In this document: piece after piece, positions 60,620 to 64,000 of the stretch | Layout of the letters: each line of letters starts with the position of its first letter | How positions within the stretch are numbered: position 1 is the first letter of the stretch | NCBI RefSeq assembly: GCF_022045235.1 | Contig: NW_027266308.1 | Location: 31,682,001 to 31,746,000, forward strand | Reading direction: 5' to 3' | Source: Haliotis cracherodii | Taxonomy: Eukaryota | DNA: 64,000 nucleotides | Position numbers and translations under genes: made by a program | The notes under the pieces: model-generated | Database searches by the model: none | What the model saw: the letters and a program-made list of their open reading frames with translations, nothing else | Told to the model about the DNA's origin: nothing

Positions 60620-61280
60620 AAAAACAGGACATGATCCAACTGATTGGACAATGGGTGTTATTGTCCATTTTCACCTTAAAGGTAGTAAGACTATCGTCGA
60701 TAATTTTAGAGGAATTATTCTTCTCTCGTGAATTATTTAGCAGCTGGGCTTGTAGAGTGGTGTGAGAACTGTTCGGTCCTTGTCGAAGAGCAGTCTGGTT
60801 TTAGAAGAAAAAAACAGTACCACAGATTCTATTTTCGTGTTACACGGTCTTATAAATATAGCATTGTGTAAAGGTTTAAAGTTATAATCTGCTCGTATTG
60901 ATTTTCGTAAACGATTGATTTTGTGAATAGACAAGCATTGTGGCAGGCACAAGTTAAAATTATTGGGTTGTAGTTCCAAATTGCTCTCTCTATTTCGTAA
61001 CATATATAGAGATGTCAAGTCATGTGTCAAATCAGTTGATGGTAACTGCTCAGAATTTTTTCAGTTCGTTTACAGGTGTCCGACAAGGAGACAATTTATC
61101 GCCGATTCTTTTTTCGCTTTTCATATATGATATTGTCAGTGAATTGTCTGTTTCTCAAGAGTTTGGAGTAATTATTCTTCACATCCGTTTAATATTACTG
61201 ATGTTTGCCGATGGCATGGTTCTTATTAGTCATACAATTATAGGATTGCAGTAAAGTCTAGATTATCTACGTCATTCCAA
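60620..61280 (+). mobile_element. Non-LTR (LINE, CR1/L2/RTE-X-like) reverse transcriptase remnant
   Basis: PTDWTMGVIVHFHLKGSKTIVDNFRGIILLS, GVRQGDNLSPILFSLFIYDI and LMFADGMVL (FADD-like), with stops and frameshifts. Confidence 0.85.
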
Positions 61281-63794
61281 TGCATTTGTACAATATATGT
61301 ACAAAATACAAAGGTTCTAGCGTGTGCACTGTTGTATCGTGTCTTTTGTCCTTTGTCCTATACTGAATAAACATCAACAGTTAATAATAGGCATGTATTT
61401 ATAAATAATTATCAAATAGTGATGATACAAGGTATCCTCAAAGTGAAGTTATCCTTCCCCTCATGTGTCACCTGTCACAAACACATGCGAAGGCAAGGCT
61501 AGTGTTAACCTCAACAAACATGGTAACTTGGTCAAAAGTGGAAATGATAGAATCATCGGCGGTATGTAAACAAACAACCCAAGATGGCTTAGTTCGTTAA
61601 AAGAACCCGTCGAATTAGACGATGATTTACCTGACCGTGCAATGGATTTTCTCATTTCACACAGAAAATACATGCTTAGCTTATTAATTAGGCCGGGTCA
61701 TGTAAAACATCAAGCGTGTTACCTGCCGAGTCCGACACTGTGGCAAAGAATCCCACACACGCAACCGATCTACTGTTTTCGTGACTCTTTCGGTGAAACG
61801 TCTGAGAAATATATTTCCAAATGATTAAATAGTAAAAAACGTATTGCAAACACATGATAGATCTTCGAATGATATTTCCATGAAACACACTTACCAAGAC
61901 GCTTTGCAAACACGTGTGTTGTGCCCTTAAACCTACAATGGTCTTAAGTCTACAATATTCATGAGTGGGCGTGGCTTGTGTATGCACACGACACTTATTT
62001 CGTACGCACTGCTTCTCAACTGAACCCGGAAGTGCATCGAACTTCTGCCGTGTTGTGACAACACACAGCGTGCAGTGAGACTGCATTGTTTGCGGTACAG
62101 CAGAACCTGAAGAAACTTTCCTTTTTATCAATCTGTAAACTATCATTATTTTATGCAAAACTAAGAGGAAATAAATCAAAATGTTTGTAAAAAACGTTCG
62201 TGTATTTTGTAAGCAAGTGGGGAATTTTAAGGAATTTTCTTCCCAGTATCACCTTCCACTTTGCCATTGTCTCATGGAAAATAAACACTGGGAAATGGGC
62301 ATTAAAATAGGAAATATTCCTTCTCGTTAGCAGTGTGTCATAACTCCCGTATAGCAACGTATATATCAAGTTCCATACCAACTACTTCTCGTGCACTCCC
62401 TGTTTCCTTCAGCGTTTTCAGATGTGGTGTATTTGGATGGGCTAAATATGGACACGATAACTTTCTAAATATCCAGTATAACATTAAATTCAAAATTCAA
62501 ATTCTAATCCAGGCTGGTAGTGTTCATATTCATTACATATATATGGTTAAATGTCAGTGGTTTTCATTCCCCATCAGATAGTTTGAAGAGGACCAGAAAG
62601 TGATGTGTCACCCCCACACAAGATGATTGATCAATATCAGTATTGTATATTCATAAAAATTATATTGAATTCGTTTTTGTTTTGTTTGCAGGTTTTACCA
62701 GTTGGAACTGGTGTTTATATTGGTGTTCATGTTAGGGTCAGATAAAGCATATTTTTTTTAATCAATAAACTGGAATTTAGTTTTGCATTTTTGGTATGCA
62801 TTAGAAGTATTGTATACAGGCTACTAGTATGGCTCCTTGTAATTCTATACTCATTGTGGGCAAGTCTAGATGAATCCAACGTCAAAATGTTCTTTCTCTT
62901 TACATAATCTAGAAATTATTATTTAAAACTAATACGTTTTGCCTTCGAGACTTGTGCAAATGTAACAGGCTACCCATTGTACAGGTTAGGCAAATTAAAC
63001 AGTACAAATGTCTCAGTTGGTTTATAAGACATCATTAGTTAATGTAAGTGTTTGGGACGTCCCGTGAAAACATAAAGTAAAGTGTGGCAGCAGTGAGGTA
63101 GTTTGTTTTAATGCTGCTATAAGCATAATGCCAGTCACATCACTGTAGAGGGCACCAAGTGTACACATTTGCATGTGGGTGGGGTGAAGTCACATACCAG
63201 TCAGCAGGACCTGTGCCCTACATCTGTGTATATTATTAGTTTTACACTCACATCTATACATAGGATGTGAAGCACGTGTGTTACCATGAATAGAACACCT
63301 TCTTTACATCAACTTATACATGCATTTTGTCTGCTGTTAAATTGTGTGTTCAAATCTGAAGAAAGAAGAGGATACTCCTATGTAGGAACTAAATAATGTT
63401 TGTGTAATTAGAGATGGTGTAAGCTTCACATTGGCTTTTAGTTTGTTACACACGATTGGACATTCATGCAATGATAACTTAATACCAGAAAAAAGTGTAT
63501 GTAGCTGAACATAGATGAGCTGTTCAAGGTACATTTGTCAAGGTTGACATTGTGTGAGAAGTCAGATTGTAGACATCCATCACCTCCTGGGGTTAGTTGT
63601 TGGTGTATTCACTTCACATGACAAAAGAAATGAAGTTCATTGAAGGTGTTTTATTACAAAAATACAAAACACCCTATGTATATTATTGATGACAAATCTG
63701 AGGCACATAAGAAACAAACAAACAAACATATAACAAATTGTTAGCTAACAACAACATATGCAAACTACATGATCATATATTTTTGATATTTTTT

Positions 63795-64000
63795 TCACTC
63801 TTGTTTATTGCTATATTCAGCCATGTTCCAGCCACCTGTATGCAAATTCAGACCAGACAAATCAGTCATTCCTATTATGAGCAACGATCCACACCATCGG
63901 GGTACGATGACACACAATCAATAAAGTCACCAAATCTAACAACCAGATCTATTTAGTCGCCTGTTATGACAAGAATAGATTGCTGGGGTCCTGGTCTAAA
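63795..64000 (-). mobile_element. Degenerate family C SINE-like repeat
   Basis: Reverse-complement homology to 26397-26640 (TTAGTCGCCTGTTATGACAAG). Confidence 0.6.

Noticed and set aside
61688-62179. 163-aa minus-strand ORF
   Set aside because: Non-ATG start, no recognisable motif and no paralog support.
62692-62745. Possible exon after a strong acceptor (TTTGTTTGCAG) with a hydrophobic reading
   Set aside because: No clear donor or homology, so it cannot be supported without transcripts.

Overview
AT-rich, intron-containing animal DNA. The SINE and HINE repertoire suggests a mollusc, probably a gastropod such as abalone (inference). Most ORFs in the supplied track are spurious or are single exons. 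Reading splice sites by hand reveals a + strand tandem array of paralogous single-pass receptor genes. The architecture is signal peptide, first half of a C-type-lectin-like domain (CTLD), a 6-Cys WSC domain, second CTLD half, a second CTLD, a Ser/Thr stalk, a TM helix and a Tyr-motif-rich cytoplasmic tail. The array comprises gene 1 (2914-11580, leader exon not found), gene 2 (16312-25103, about 633 aa), gene 3 (31624-42772, about 622 aa), an internally deleted copy 4 (51089-52530) and the leader exon of a fifth copy (59499-59562). Genes 2 and 3 carry an ITAM-consensus and an ITIM-consensus motif that gene 1 lacks. Copy 4 could splice into a 79-aa ITAM-only membrane microprotein. Cysteine co-loss between paralogs suggests cross-paired or circularly permuted CTLD halves. 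The rest of the window is decayed Tc1/mariner, Gypsy, Penelope-like and LINE fragments, three SINE families, a Helentron-type element, foldback elements and a 35-bp minisatellite. All gene models are manual predictions without transcript support.
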